A stretch of DNA of 64,000 nucleotides, from positions 32,001-96,000 of the IMG/VR virus record IMGVR_UViG_3300008952_000012; one strand, written 5' to 3'. The position numbers and the translations under genes were made by a program. The notes below the pieces were generated by a model. That model did not search any database. It saw only the letters and a program-made list of their open reading frames with translations, and was not told the origin of the DNA. Shown here piece by piece: positions 28,929 through 41,000 of this stretch (position 1 is its first letter; every line of letters begins with the position of its first letter). The DNA comes from a virus.

Positions 28929-31900
28929 ATGGCATTTATTAAACTAACACACCCTAGTGGCCCTACCGGCGACAAGCTCTACAATGTAGACGCCGCCCAT
29001 GACGGTGACGTCATAGAGGTCTGGTTTACAGAGGACGGCTCGCCTAACAGTGATGCTGAGTACCTTGGGGGTGGCCCTCCTTACGGGAACGCTGACGTTG
29101 GTAAGTACGTAAACCTAGCGTGGAAACTTTTCGGCCCAGACGGTCCTCCGAGACCTCTCTCTGACGCCGGTCCTGGCGTTCCTGACGCTACAGACGCCAA
29201 CCCCAAAACTTTTGAGGCCCCAACTCCTGGTCGGTATCTTATCCGACTTACTGCGAACGTTATTGAGCCCCAGGGGAGTGGGTACGGCCCGAGCGCTGAT
29301 GACTCTCATTTCGCTGCTTTTGTGGAGATCGAAGACCCGAACATTCTAGGGAATGTAGACGGTGGGGGCGTTGAGTACGCGCCCGGGTCAACCGGGGCAT
29401 CGTACATAGCCCCCACAGAGGCCAATGAATTTGATCCAGATGAGGGCTGGGCGCGTAGTGCGGAGAGGTACTTCTCCTCAATCACAAAACAGATGGGTAA
29501 CCGTAGAATCGTTACCCTGAAACTCCAATCCGAGGTTTTCCCAGGGGATGTGGTCACTCTGCAGCCCGGAGCGTACTCGCGATGGAGACAGGCTTTGATC
29601 GGGACAGACCCCGGCGGCGAAGAGGTCTACTACTACAACTTTGTGTTAGACGCCCGAAGGATCACCATTGCGGACATGACAACTGGGAATGTTCTTGAGC
29701 ACCCCATAGTCGTAGTTCTTCAGCACGCCGCTGCTGGAGCCCGTGTTCATGGGATGGTTGAAGGAACGCTCCCATTTGATACTACACCTTGGGCAGGCGT
29801 GAGCCCGGGCGACCGTGTTTATGTATCGGCTGCTAGTGCTTTAACTAATGTTCTGCCAAGCTCTGGTGACCCGGCGCATGCCGACCGATTAGTCGGCCAT
29901 GTTGTCAATACTGGACAGGACTCAGTCACCCCTCCGGGATCTGTGTTCTTTCACGGCACCATTCCGTGGCTCCCGACAGTTGTTACGGGGCCGCTTTCCA
30001 GCACAGACGACGCTGTCGTTCGTTGGGACGGAACTACCGGAGACAAGATTAAAGACAGTCGCGTTATCCTCACGCAGGACGACGGAACCGAAGACGCCGA
30101 GTTTAGAACGTCTACAGACGATTGGAACGTGACTGTTACCACGGGTGACGCAAGTGGAGCGCCCACGGCTACCCCAGGGAAAGTCACAATTAAAGCAGGT
30201 GACAGAATCTCTGGGCTCGGGGCCAAGGCTTCGGTAGTCGGTGGCCGTAGTCACGATGCCCAGGGGGGTCCGGTTGCAATCCAAGGCGGTCGTGGCGAAA
30301 CCGAGGGCGGAGTCGCAACTGTGGAGGGCGGCGGAGGCTGGGATGCAACCACCGGCGAAGGAGGAGACGCAAAGCTTATTGGTGGTCCTGGAGCAGGCGG
30401 CGATGGTGGGCAGGTCCATATTTCTGGTGGCTCTGCTAATAACGGCGGGACCGGCGGGACGGTGTTCATCGAGGGCGGCCTCGATCTCAATACTGGTCTT
30501 TTGAACGGGATTGTTCGGATAAACGAGGGTGCTAACGCTATCTGTGAAATCGGAAATCCGGCACACACGCCAGTACATTTATTAAAAGTCCACAAAGGTC
30601 TGGAGATTATTAACCAGTCCAACACCAATCTGACCATTGAGAGCACAGGGAATAAGACGTTCATCAATATGCTCGCGACTATCCCTGGCGAGAACAGCAT
30701 CCTTTTCGGCTCTTCTGGCGGAACCCCGGTGGCTGGGTACATACAATACGATATGGCCGCTGCCGCTCACGCGTCAGACAGCATGAAGTTCGGGGTCTGG
30801 GACGTCTCCATCCCCGGCGTTGCCAACATATTAACTCTTGATACCGCCACTGGCGCACGGGCCACTATTGACGGCGACCTGACTGTAAACGGCAACGGCT
30901 ACTTCTGCGGCGGCAAGGTCAGGCTGTACGATAGCCCGTTTACCGGAAACTCCCCAGTGGACCCCACTAGTGCGGTCGTTGACATGGTTGCCTACTTCGA
31001 TGGAGACATCGATGTAACAGGCAATATAGATCCGACAGGCGTAGTCTTTTCGCAGCAGGACCCAGCAACTCCGCCCTACGACCCAACGCAAGGCGGAGCC
31101 ACCAAAGGCCTTCTATATACCGCTGAGGGATCTGGTGGAGATGCGAACACGCTTCGGTACATCGACAACCAAGGCGTAGAGATCATCGTGGGTCAGTCTG
31201 AGATTAGCTCTCCGGACATGGACGTAAACGGGATAATCTCTACAGATAGAGCCATCGCCGCTTGGGATGGAGACCTTGGAGACAAGCTAAGAAACACGCA
31301 AGTATTAGTCGATGATATAAGTGGGGGGCCATCACTCTCAACTAACTCCCTAGACCCGGACAATTCCGGGAATGTCCCAATTACGAGGGGTCTTACGGTT
31401 AGTTCCGCAGACGGGGTGAACCTAGGCCAGGGTGGACCAATGTCCACTGGCAACCTCATGCTTTCTGCTGGGGCCGCCTTTTCTACCGGACAATCTCTCG
31501 CAGCAGGTGGGGACGTTAGAGTTGTTGGTGGCAATGGTTCTGGCGCGGGCTACACACCAACCAATGACGACGGAAGCGGCGGGGGTGTAGCGCTTGAGGG
31601 GGGCGGTGCGGTTCATCAATTTATGAACCCCGGAGGCATTTACATAAACGCTGGCCGACACCTCGGCGGACTGCCGTCAGACGGAGTTACTCCAAATCCT
31701 CATCTTGCAGATTACGGACTTAGTCATGGCGGCCCTGCTCAGTTATCTGGCGGTCCAGGGAATTTTGGTGGTGACACTCTTATCAAGGGTGGGTCATCCA
31801 CAGACCTCACCAGCAATCAGGCCGTAAACGGCTGCGGGGACGGCGGCAATGTCCGCATCGAAGGTGGTTTAGGCGGGCTATGGGAGGTCGATGGTCAGCA

Positions 31901-34262
31901 GGATATTGATAGCACCGCTACCTCAAGAGGCACTCTATATGCTGGGCATGTGCAGCTTAAGGGTGGAGACTCCGCAGAGTCTAGAGACGTAAACGCTGGT
32001 ACCAATGATTGGCTTCTTAGAGACGGCGGTAACGCCGGAAGCGTACATATTGCTGGCGGTGACGCTGGGTATGCAACTGGGCGTAACGAATCAACCGGCA
32101 TCGACATAACTGGTGACGGTCAAATCGACACCCAGGTTCTCCATGGTCATGGCGGCGACGTTCTTATCGCGAGCGGAAAAGGTGACCACTCTGGGAACGC
32201 TGGTAACGTCATAATTAAAACCCAGCACACACACTTGGCCGATGGGGTCAACCCGTATGCCGACCCTAATGGGAATGGGGATAACTTCAACCTACAGGGG
32301 TTTGGTAAGGCTGGTAATATCGAGATATCCGCTGCCGGAACAATCCCCGACATTCTACATCGAACTAAGGCTGGCGAGATTAGTTTAAGCGCCGGTGTAG
32401 CGGGCGCGGACACCGGTGCCCAAAACATGATAGGGGACACCGCGTACAATACGTCCCTCCAGGCGGGAACTTTCAATCCCCAGATAATAGATCCGGCCTC
32501 CGATGCCGGAGCAAATACTTACGTAAGACCGGGGGAGCCCGACTGGACCTCTGGTGGCGTAGTGGTGGCTGGGCCTGACCACACTCCGCCCTGGCCAACA
32601 ACAACTACCCCAATTCTGGGAGAGCTTCGCACTCCGTGGCCCTCGATTATCTCATTAGACCCAGATCAGCGCGGCTGCGTTGTTATCGGTAAGGATCACT
32701 TCAACGGACTTACGGACAACCCCACAGAGCCGGGGGTTAATCACCCGACCAACGCTCAAAACATAAACGGTTCCATGCTGTGTAATAGCCGCGTGCCTAG
32801 ACTTGTTGTGGAGGGCTCCGCAAAAATTCGCGGAGGGGTAGACCCAACGTACGTAAGTTTCGAGTCGTTCACCCAACACCCGATGGTGTTGGAGCATGAG
32901 GAGATTTTCGAAGGTGATGACCTTGTTCAGATGCTCGCGGCGTACCAGAGCTTAAGAGATAAAACTCTGTGGGTGCACACTGATTATAACGGTAACGGTC
33001 CAACTTTGATGCTTGGCGACGGGCCTATCCAAGGTGGAGCGGGCGGCGGAGACCACGTCACTAATAACTTTTTAGTTGGTGGCGGGAACATGAAGCACCT
33101 CGGCTCGGTGCTCGCTTCGGCTTCAGCCTACGGCCAAGAGGGGCACGTGGCTTCTGGTGAACACATTCACCACGGTCATATACCCGGCCTCGTTTGGCAC
33201 AGGCTTACCGATGGGAACGATAATCCGATACGCCTTGTTGTTACCCCGTCTGTTGCAAATAGTCAGATGTTGCTTAGGTACAATGCTAATGTATCGTTCA
33301 TGAACGCTCCTGGTATCTGTTCCGCAAAAGCCATGTTTGTGAGAAGAGACCCTAGTAACGGTGATTGGCATACCCTTACGCCGGAGCCGGAGACGTGGCC
33401 CTCAGGGTCTGAGGAGCCTTCGTGGCCGTCCGCTATGACGGCAAACCTAAGAACCTTGAACCACAACGTAAGCATGCCGGGTGAAGATGGTCATGCACCG
33501 CAGCCATTTCTAGACGTCATGCAATCCTGTTTCTGGGTAGACAAGAATCGCCCAGATGGGATCGACCAAATCACCTATGAGGTTTGGGTCATTGCTGAGC
33601 AGATTGCTGGCGGGAGTATTAGGTTTGGTCAGGGTGGAATCCCACAGACTTTCGAGGTAATTGAGATTTTGGAAGGCGTAGAATCAGAAACTCCACCAGA
33701 AATTCCGGCATACGATCCTGATGAGCCCACAATAGGCGGCGGGATTCCGGCAGGCGATACCTCTTCTGAAACTCCCGGGACGGTCACTTTACGAAGCGAC
33801 ACTACCCTGACTGCGGTGACCTCCGGCAGAAAGGGTCGCACCGGGGATTACACGGGAATCAGAACCAGCGGAGCGGTCTACACCAATGTTTCACGTGTGA
33901 CATCTGATGACATGGGAGAAGACTGGGGCGGAGACCATGACGGAGATGGCGAGTCCGATTACGTTGCTGTGTATGCGGTTAGTGAGACAGACCACGTGTT
34001 GAGTATGGACACGGAAGCGTACGAAGTTGGGCTGAAAGTTGCGATTGATTTACCAACCCCAAGGGCTGAGGAATCAGGCAGAACTTATGTGATAAAGGAC
34101 GGTGTCGGAAGGGCCAAGCTCTGGGTTAGGGCAGCTAACGAGTTAGACCCGAACACAGAGGGGGCTTGGACAATCGATGGGAGCGCAGAGGCGCTTGTCA
34201 ATGCCAATTCGAGAGGAAGTGTTACCGTATACTGCGATGGTGAGAACTACTATGTTGTATAG
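28929..34262 (+). CDS. Long tail fibre protein with Gly-rich GG-x-V-x-I-x-GG repeats (1777 aa)
   Basis: Many GGxVxIxGG/AG repeats and two STDxAxxxWDGxxGDK repeats. The C-terminal domain (..LPTP...GRTYVIKD...TIDG...SVTVYCDGENYYVV) is typical of phage fibre tips. Confidence 0.75.
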   Translation: MAFIKLTHPSGPTGDKLYNVDAAHDGDVIEVWFTEDGSPNSDAEYLGGGPPYGNADVGKYVNLAWKLFGPDGPPRPLSDAGPGVPDATDANPKTFEAPTPGRYLIRLTANVIEPQGSGYGPSADDSHFAAFVEIEDPNILGNVDGGGVEYAPGSTGASYIAPTEANEFDPDEGWARSAERYFSSITKQMGNRRIVTLKLQSEVFPGDVVTLQPGAYSRWRQALIGTDPGGEEVYYYNFVLDARRITIADMTTGNVLEHPIVVVLQHAAAGARVHGMVEGTLPFDTTPWAGVSPGDRVYVSAASALTNVLPSSGDPAHADRLVGHVVNTGQDSVTPPGSVFFHGTIPWLPTVVTGPLSSTDDAVVRWDGTTGDKIKDSRVILTQDDGTEDAEFRTSTDDWNVTVTTGDASGAPTATPGKVTIKAGDRISGLGAKASVVGGRSHDAQGGPVAIQGGRGETEGGVATVEGGGGWDATTGEGGDAKLIGGPGAGGDGGQVHISGGSANNGGTGGTVFIEGGLDLNTGLLNGIVRINEGANAICEIGNPAHTPVHLLKVHKGLEIINQSNTNLTIESTGNKTFINMLATIPGENSILFGSSGGTPVAGYIQYDMAAAAHASDSMKFGVWDVSIPGVANILTLDTATGARATIDGDLTVNGNGYFCGGKVRLYDSPFTGNSPVDPTSAVVDMVAYFDGDIDVTGNIDPTGVVFSQQDPATPPYDPTQGGATKGLLYTAEGSGGDANTLRYIDNQGVEIIVGQSEISSPDMDVNGIISTDRAIAAWDGDLGDKLRNTQVLVDDISGGPSLSTNSLDPDNSGNVPITRGLTVSSADGVNLGQGGPMSTGNLMLSAGAAFSTGQSLAAGGDVRVVGGNGSGAGYTPTNDDGSGGGVALEGGGAVHQFMNPGGIYINAGRHLGGLPSDGVTPNPHLADYGLSHGGPAQLSGGPGNFGGDTLIKGGSSTDLTSNQAVNGCGDGGNVRIEGGLGGLWEVDGQQDIDSTATSRGTLYAGHVQLKGGDSAESRDVNAGTNDWLLRDGGNAGSVHIAGGDAGYATGRNESTGIDITGDGQIDTQVLHGHGGDVLIASGKGDHSGNAGNVIIKTQHTHLADGVNPYADPNGNGDNFNLQGFGKAGNIEISAAGTIPDILHRTKAGEISLSAGVAGADTGAQNMIGDTAYNTSLQAGTFNPQIIDPASDAGANTYVRPGEPDWTSGGVVVAGPDHTPPWPTTTTPILGELRTPWPSIISLDPDQRGCVVIGKDHFNGLTDNPTEPGVNHPTNAQNINGSMLCNSRVPRLVVEGSAKIRGGVDPTYVSFESFTQHPMVLEHEEIFEGDDLVQMLAAYQSLRDKTLWVHTDYNGNGPTLMLGDGPIQGGAGGGDHVTNNFLVGGGNMKHLGSVLASASAYGQEGHVASGEHIHHGHIPGLVWHRLTDGNDNPIRLVVTPSVANSQMLLRYNANVSFMNAPGICSAKAMFVRRDPSNGDWHTLTPEPETWPSGSEEPSWPSAMTANLRTLNHNVSMPGEDGHAPQPFLDVMQSCFWVDKNRPDGIDQITYEVWVIAEQIAGGSIRFGQGGIPQTFEVIEILEGVESETPPEIPAYDPDEPTIGGGIPAGDTSSETPGTVTLRSDTTLTAVTSGRKGRTGDYTGIRTSGAVYTNVSRVTSDDMGEDWGGDHDGDGESDYVAVYAVSETDHVLSMDTEAYEVGLKVAIDLPTPRAEESGRTYVIKDGVGRAKLWVRAANELDPNTEGAWTIDGSAEALVNANSRGSVTVYCDGENYYVV

Positions 34263-34420
34263 AAATTCACACTTATTATCCTGTAATGAAAAGCACTTTT
34301 TCTTTTTAAAGGGGCCCCTCCTAAATAACTTGAACAGCCTATATGATGGGTTGTGTATACAAGGCTCGACTATGCTGTTTCACGCGGGTATTGTACCGAT
34401 GAGCCAAGGAGTCAGTAATA

Positions 34421-35083
34421 ATGCTTCTATCAGATAAACTAGAACCGACGATTAATATCGTTGTTGCCGCCTTTGATAAGGCGACCGGGAAGCTGGTCGA
34501 TAAAAGGTTCGGCCACAATGTATTCACGAATACTGGCAGGAACTGGCTCACTAGGGTTGTTGGTTCAGACGATTACTCGCAAGATCCGCCAAGTCCCCAC
34601 AATACCGACAAGATCATGTACATCGGATTTGGCTGCGGAGGGGCGTTGCAGGGGGACAACAACTTTGCCACTGGCCAGACAGAGCTTGTTACTGTGTCGG
34701 CCATACAAGACCCCATTCCGATTAGTAATGACTTTAACCAACGCTTGTACTTAAAGCAGGTTGATGATCAGAGTAATAACAGCATATACTTCCCCGGTAA
34801 CTTCAGGACCCGGTTTATTATCGATATTGCGGAAGATGAGCTATCGTTTCCGGGTAATGTTACCAGGGTGTCGAACGTGACCGTTGGGACCAGCGTCCCG
34901 ATTTCCGAAGCTGGGCTGTACTTGAGTTCTGCAAACCCAAGATTCACTCATGAGGCTAACCCGCCTCTCCCTGAGGAATCTGACCCAGCCGCCCCAAATT
35001 ACTTGGTGGCCTATAACATTTTTGACCCCATTCATATCACCCCGAATGTGATTTTGAGGGTTGAGTGGGAACTTCGGTTCTAG
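34421..35083 (+). CDS. Tail-collar/fibre-attachment-like baseplate protein
   Basis: AGGAG RBS. N-V-F-T-N-x-G-R...I-x-Y-I-G-F-G-x-G and ISEAGLY motifs resemble tail-collar fibre (DUF3751-like) domains. Confidence 0.55.
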   Translation: MLLSDKLEPTINIVVAAFDKATGKLVDKRFGHNVFTNTGRNWLTRVVGSDDYSQDPPSPHNTDKIMYIGFGCGGALQGDNNFATGQTELVTVSAIQDPIPISNDFNQRLYLKQVDDQSNNSIYFPGNFRTRFIIDIAEDELSFPGNVTRVSNVTVGTSVPISEAGLYLSSANPRFTHEANPPLPEESDPAAPNYLVAYNIFDPIHITPNVILRVEWELRF

Positions 35084-35095
35084 GGAGAGTTAATT

Positions 35096-38000
35096 ATGTC
35101 ATACAAGTATTTTGGAAGACTCGCCGGGAAGACCCATACGGCTAGAAAGTCTCTAACAGAGTCGGCTCCCCCAAACACGCTTACTCCGTTTAATCCACAG
35201 GCACCGGCCACCAAACTGCTGGCATACGGTGAGGATGCCACAAGCTTAGCCTTCAATAGGGCGCTTAGTGCGCTTTCAGCGAACGTTGACTACGTCGCTT
35301 CGGTTCTGGATGCTCCGGCGCTGCGGCGTGAGATTATCAGGCCGTCGCGGCATACGGCGGACGGGGATTGGACGGAGGGCGGGTGGAGTCACGGCTGCGT
35401 CTCTCTTGGGGAGTCTGGTTCCGGGGGGCTGTCAACCGGAGAGGACGCTATCCACATTCCGTCCCCAGGACCCAACAAAGTTCCTTCATACTGGGTTCAC
35501 CTTGGATTACATAAGACCGCCCTTGGTGAGAGAGTCAAGTTCTTTAGAACCCAAAACCAGTCTCTTGGCGGGCCTACGGCTACCGGTAAGGATGTTAATG
35601 AGGAGCACGTAGAAGGGACCCCTAACCCTGAGATCACTGGGCATGCATTAGCGACAGTTCATCACATTGCTAAGCCAGACGATGCATTCTTGAATTTCCC
35701 GATGTCTGCGGGGTCACTTTCGTACTTTGACTTCACCTACAAGCTTCAGGGTACGCAGCATTACCTGGGTAACGAGGAAGAGGGGCTCGTAAACCACATC
35801 CCACCAATTGAGCGGATGAAGCCAAACATGGCTCCGTACAATAACGATTGGCACTCGGAACAGATCTACAAGTGGGACACCGATGGGGTGTACTTAAAAT
35901 CAATCACCTTCTCGCAGCTAAATCTCCGTCCGGGGTGTTACGTTGAGATTTCCAGCGACGGCGATGAAGACGTAAACAAGGGAAACAACGGTCTGTTCCA
36001 AATCGCCTCTATCACTAGAAGCGATCATGTCCCGTCTTCCGGCGGCCCGGGAGATAAGGCCATCCTTACACGCGGGGGGCTGTGCAAGGTAACGGTTCGG
36101 GATTGGCGTATGTTCGGTCGAGGAGAGTTGGTTTCGTGGGCCAGCGCCCCAAACCACATGGACCAGACTGCAGATACCGCTCTAAAGCCTGGGCTTAGAA
36201 AAAACTATGCCCATGTCGCTTACATCATCCCGAGACCTGATATCGAGGGCAATCCAACCGACGAGCCCGGAGACTTATACCTAGCCCGATATAACGCAGG
36301 CGACGATAACCCACACCCGCAGGATGGCGCTGGGTACAAGGCCGGTAGGGCTGATGTCGTAAATGGGGAAGAGAGATACAGCGGAAGGTACAAGCATGGG
36401 GACATTGGGTCCCCAGACCAAGAGAGCTTTGTGCGAGATCATAACGGGGCCGTCATTATGGACGCCCTGCAGAACCACGGGATTCTTCCTGGGACACGCC
36501 TGTACCATGGGCATGCACACTTCTATCCCTCCATGACTCCTTGGGGAATGGACCCCGCCTGGGCTTCTCCCTATTCCGAGGTGATGGGGGAGTTGGACGC
36601 AGTTCCAGACGGTATTGTTGGGCCGGGAGAGCCAGTCGTGTTTGACACGATGACCGTACCGGGAAAGGTTTGGCCTTGCTCACCTTCAGGGTTTGTTCTC
36701 AACCCGTCGTTTTCGTTCCCAGAAGATAATGAACTATACGTCGGTGAGTACTATGCCGATGTGCATACACTTACGACAGTAAAAGAGAAGCTGTCTGCGG
36801 ATTCGATAACTAAGGCAGTTCCGGCTAACCCCGAAGAGTCAATTCTTAGAGCGTGGCATAAGTTCGTCAGAACCGGCCACCTTAGCGGCTCAAACGCCCC
36901 TGCCTGGGGCACTGGGCATACTAGCGGGGACACTGTCGGTATTGCTCCGCCAAAGAGCGATGACTTAAATGTTTTGGGGACACCCACTAAAAAGATATTA
37001 GGCGGTGATCTTTGGCACGTTAAGTTTGAGTGGGTTGACGTCGGGGTTCATGAGCATGCTTCGTTTGAAGAAGTATACGAAAGCTACTTGACGAACGGAG
37101 GCCAAGCGTTTGTTGGCGACTTCGCAGGATACGCTAGTGGCGGAGACCTAAAATACCATCCAATTGGGCTGTGGCATCCAATCCCGGGTTTTCCACAAAC
37201 TGGGGTAAAGTTTTCAAGCATCAGCGGCAACCATGCGGTCTTGTACGATGTAAACATGCTACTCGACACTGACAACGTTCATCAGGATTGGGATGGATGG
37301 GAATACGGCAGGGAGACTTGGCCCATCACAGAGGATTGCTACCTCTTTATCGGGACCGCTGAGGGGGACGTTAAATGGAGGATCAGCGAGATCGTCAAGG
37401 CTCCGTGGGTAGATGATTCCATCGGAAGAGGGAAGATTCCCAGCCACGGCCTTAATTCGCTGTACAACAATGACTACTCCTCAAGCCCGTATTTGCGCGG
37501 ACCAAACATCATTGGCACATCTGCGCATGGCGGGGGAACAGGGAACGTTCTGTGGATTAACCCAAAGCGACCCTTCACTACAGTACTTCCTGGTGGGGAC
37601 ACTCTCCTGGATGGGAATGATCACGCGGACGGATGGACCAATGCCCACGGTGAGATCGCCCACCTGACAAGATCAAACAATGATTTGTACATCTCGCTCC
37701 ACCGACTGGTGTCGAGAGGTGCGCCAGGGACGCACGGAAGCGTAGTAAGGGCAGAGCTTGCTGTTAGGCACGCTACAACCGCCGCGATGGAGTTGACGGA
37801 CTCGACCTCAGACGGCGTCCCGAATGCCACTGGGACCAGAGTTTTTTCAGAGCAGATGCTGTCCGGCCCTGGAGGCCCTTTCCCGCTTCGCTCGACAAAA
37901 ATGCTTCTTACGGACCCCACAACCGGGGACTATGGAAATTCTCCGGAGATCGGCCCGTTTACAGATACCGATATCGGCCTAAACGAGATGCACTCCACCG

Positions 38001-41000
38001 ACAAGGAGGGCGGGTACCCAAAGCACGGGGTTTATCTTTCGAACAATTTGTCAAAGGTAAAGGAAGAGAGCCTCTCCGATAATGCCTGGGATGATAAATG
38101 GCATAAGCTTCCTACGTTTGATCATAGGTCTACCCCGAGAGAGGTTCAGGACCGGAGTATCTTGGGCGCAATCGAGGGAACGCTCCTTGGCCACTTTACC
38201 CCATTCAGTAACAACCACCCAGACTTTGGAGACGGCGGGCGAGGAGACCTAGACACAAACAGCTTCGGAACCTTTTCAAATGGCGTCATCAGCGGTGGTG
38301 TCGGCTGGATTGAGAAGATGAAGAACAACACCGGTGCGCCGGATGATGCTGCGAGTATTCCTGATCTGAACATCCGCATGGAGGAAGCGTATTTCCATGT
38401 TGGCGGGGCCAAGTGGTATGTCCCAAGACAGGATATTGTGATGCCCGCGAACTCCGGGACTTGGCTTGTTAGCTGGAGCCCTGACACTAGGAAGTACGAG
38501 TATTTTGAGATTCATGACTCGTACTCTGGCACCCCGATGGGGTGGACTGCTGGGATATCCAACGACAAGGTTAACTTTCAGAAGGCGAACAACATCCCTC
38601 TATACGTGGCCGAGATGTCGGCGTTCCCCGGATCGGTTTTGTCGCTTACCGACATTCGATTCAGGGTCTCCAGACAAGACCAGAAGAACAGTATTTACGT
38701 CGGTCAGGTAAACCCACGCAAGTCCGAAGCTGATGACTCGGCTAGGAGGCTTCGGACTAATGGGGGTTATATTGACGACTCCATGAACTTCAAGACTTTG
38801 AGCGAGGCTCTTAGAGCGCTTGATTTCTGGTGCCGTGGGACACCGACAAGACACTGGACGATTGAAATCGTCGGCTCGACGTATGAGTACTGCTATGACC
38901 CAGAGGACGCAGGCTTGGCTGACAACCATGAGCACCACGGAATAGAGTATCCTGTGAGGATTCCTGTCAATGGTCTTACCATTCGGGGACTACCGGGGAG
39001 GAACCCGGACCGTCTCGATAAAGTCACAGGTACGACGGGGTGGGATGCTGGAAGCAAATTTGGCGGGGCTGCGTATAAGCATAAGGAGTTTGAAACCCCT
39101 GTTGTCCACTACAGCCATCCTCTAGCAAAACCCGTCCCCGGGCTGTTTGACCTCAACGGGAAGTTCGGCCTCACGTTTGAGAATATTAGTTTCAAATACT
39201 GTGGGGACATGGACAATATCATCAACAAGCAGGGCGACTGGGCTGCCGACGTACGCGACGTGCCCCAAGACGTTATTTTCTGCGCTGGTAACTATGATTA
39301 CGAAAGGTGGGAACTGGTTGACGTTGACGACCTTGATTATAACCACGACCGTGAGAACTTCGATAATCTGTATGGTGGCCGAAACGCTCCAACCAATGCC
39401 GCGTACACCGGTGGGTGGACGTTTAGGAATATTTATATTCAGGATGGCGGCGGGCTGCTGACGACCCTCGACGCCAAGTACTCGATTGATAACATCGTTG
39501 TGGAGAACTGTCAGGCGAACTCGGTTCTGAGCTTTGTTACCCTGGGGATCGACACCTCAGACCTCCCCGGCGACCAGGAAGGAAGGGGTAACGGGAAGCA
39601 CATCTGCCGAGTATCGATCAAGAACAACTCGGCCTCGTTCCCAGCCACTAACCACAAAGTAAACGGCCAACCCGGTAGTGCCCTAATTTTAGGACCCCTG
39701 ACCACGTGGGTTCCAAATCAGGGTGACGATCTTTTCGGTGAGTATTACACTGAGAACTTCGGAGCGAACGGCCCAGGAACGATAGGAAAGTATGACTCAA
39801 AGTACATGTGCGGCGTGTACGCCACACAGTGCAAGGAAATTGTTGTTGAGAACAACACGTTCAAGAGCTTCTATTGCGGCGTCGTCTTCGGTAAGCCGCT
39901 CAAGCTAGATCTTACCCCTGAGCCCGGTTACAACTTTGAGCCGTACTGCGAAGGCATCATTACGTCCAATGTTATCCAGAACACCCAGTCCCATGGGGTG
40001 GTTTGTTTTTCTGGGGCGTCTTGCTTGAGCAACATCAGTGTCACAGACAATGTGATCAAAGACCCAGGCGCTCCGCACGGAGCATCTAACGCCCAGGAGC
40101 ATCCGAACATCTTTGAGTGGGAATCTTGGGGAATCTACGCATATATGCGCGGTGCCCAGATTACCGGCAATAAGATTTACAATGAATGGAGAGTCTCCCC
40201 CGAAAGCAACTGGACCAACGGAGGACCTAACGCTGGTTTTGACTGGGTAGACAGGTCGGGAATTGAGTACGCTACCCGTATGCCGTGTAAGGCTGGGGGC
40301 ATTTGGCTTCAAGACGCGAACAGCGGAGCCACACAATCTGAAGCCAACATCATATCTGACAACCACATAAGCCTCGGAGGCAGGGCGTTATACGGAGTTC
40401 TTCTCAGTTCTTATTGCGAAAGAACCGTAATCTCGAACAACGTTATTGAGTATAAGGCTGCGAAGGCAGGCATTGCTGCAGACGCCCCGGATTACAATGA
40501 TACTGATTTTGCTGAAATGCTTGGTAAGTATCCGTGGTCAGTTTTTGTATCAAGGTACTGTGATGAAAACATCATCACCGACAATGTGCTTGGCGCTAAC
40601 ATCTGGCTCGACAAGAACTGTGATAACAGCATCGTATCTGGGAATATCATTAGAGCGCCGTATAAGCTCACAAACCCAGTAGCTAGTGGACAGGGCGGAT
40701 GTCTTCTTAGGGTAGCGGCGTGGGGGACAACGATCTCCAATAACAAGCTTCATTGCGGCATGATCTCTGTCGGCGCAGATGGAGCACCGGCCACTAACAC
40801 ATCCATCGTCGGAAATGATCTAACCCCGTTTGGTTCTGTTATGTGGCCAGTAAACAATGCGGGCCCAATTAAATGGATGACCGGCATTTTTGTTAATGGG
40901 GGTGGGGTGAACATCCTTATTGATGGGAACATAACCAACGGCGGGAACATCAAGGCCGAGGGGACAGGGCCCTGGCATAACATGAGGATTGTGAACAATG

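Noticed and set aside
2521-34333. ATAACTTGA shared by intergenic gaps at 2521-2529 and 34325-34333 as a late promoter
   Set aside because: There are only two copies, with no conserved downstream box or spacing. A 9-mer match is plausible by chance in AT-rich gaps.
34263-34420. 158 bp AT-rich gap as a possible ncRNA or recombination/inversion site near the fibre genes
   Set aside because: No convincing stem structure, repeat partner or invertase was seen. It is more simply a terminator/promoter gap.
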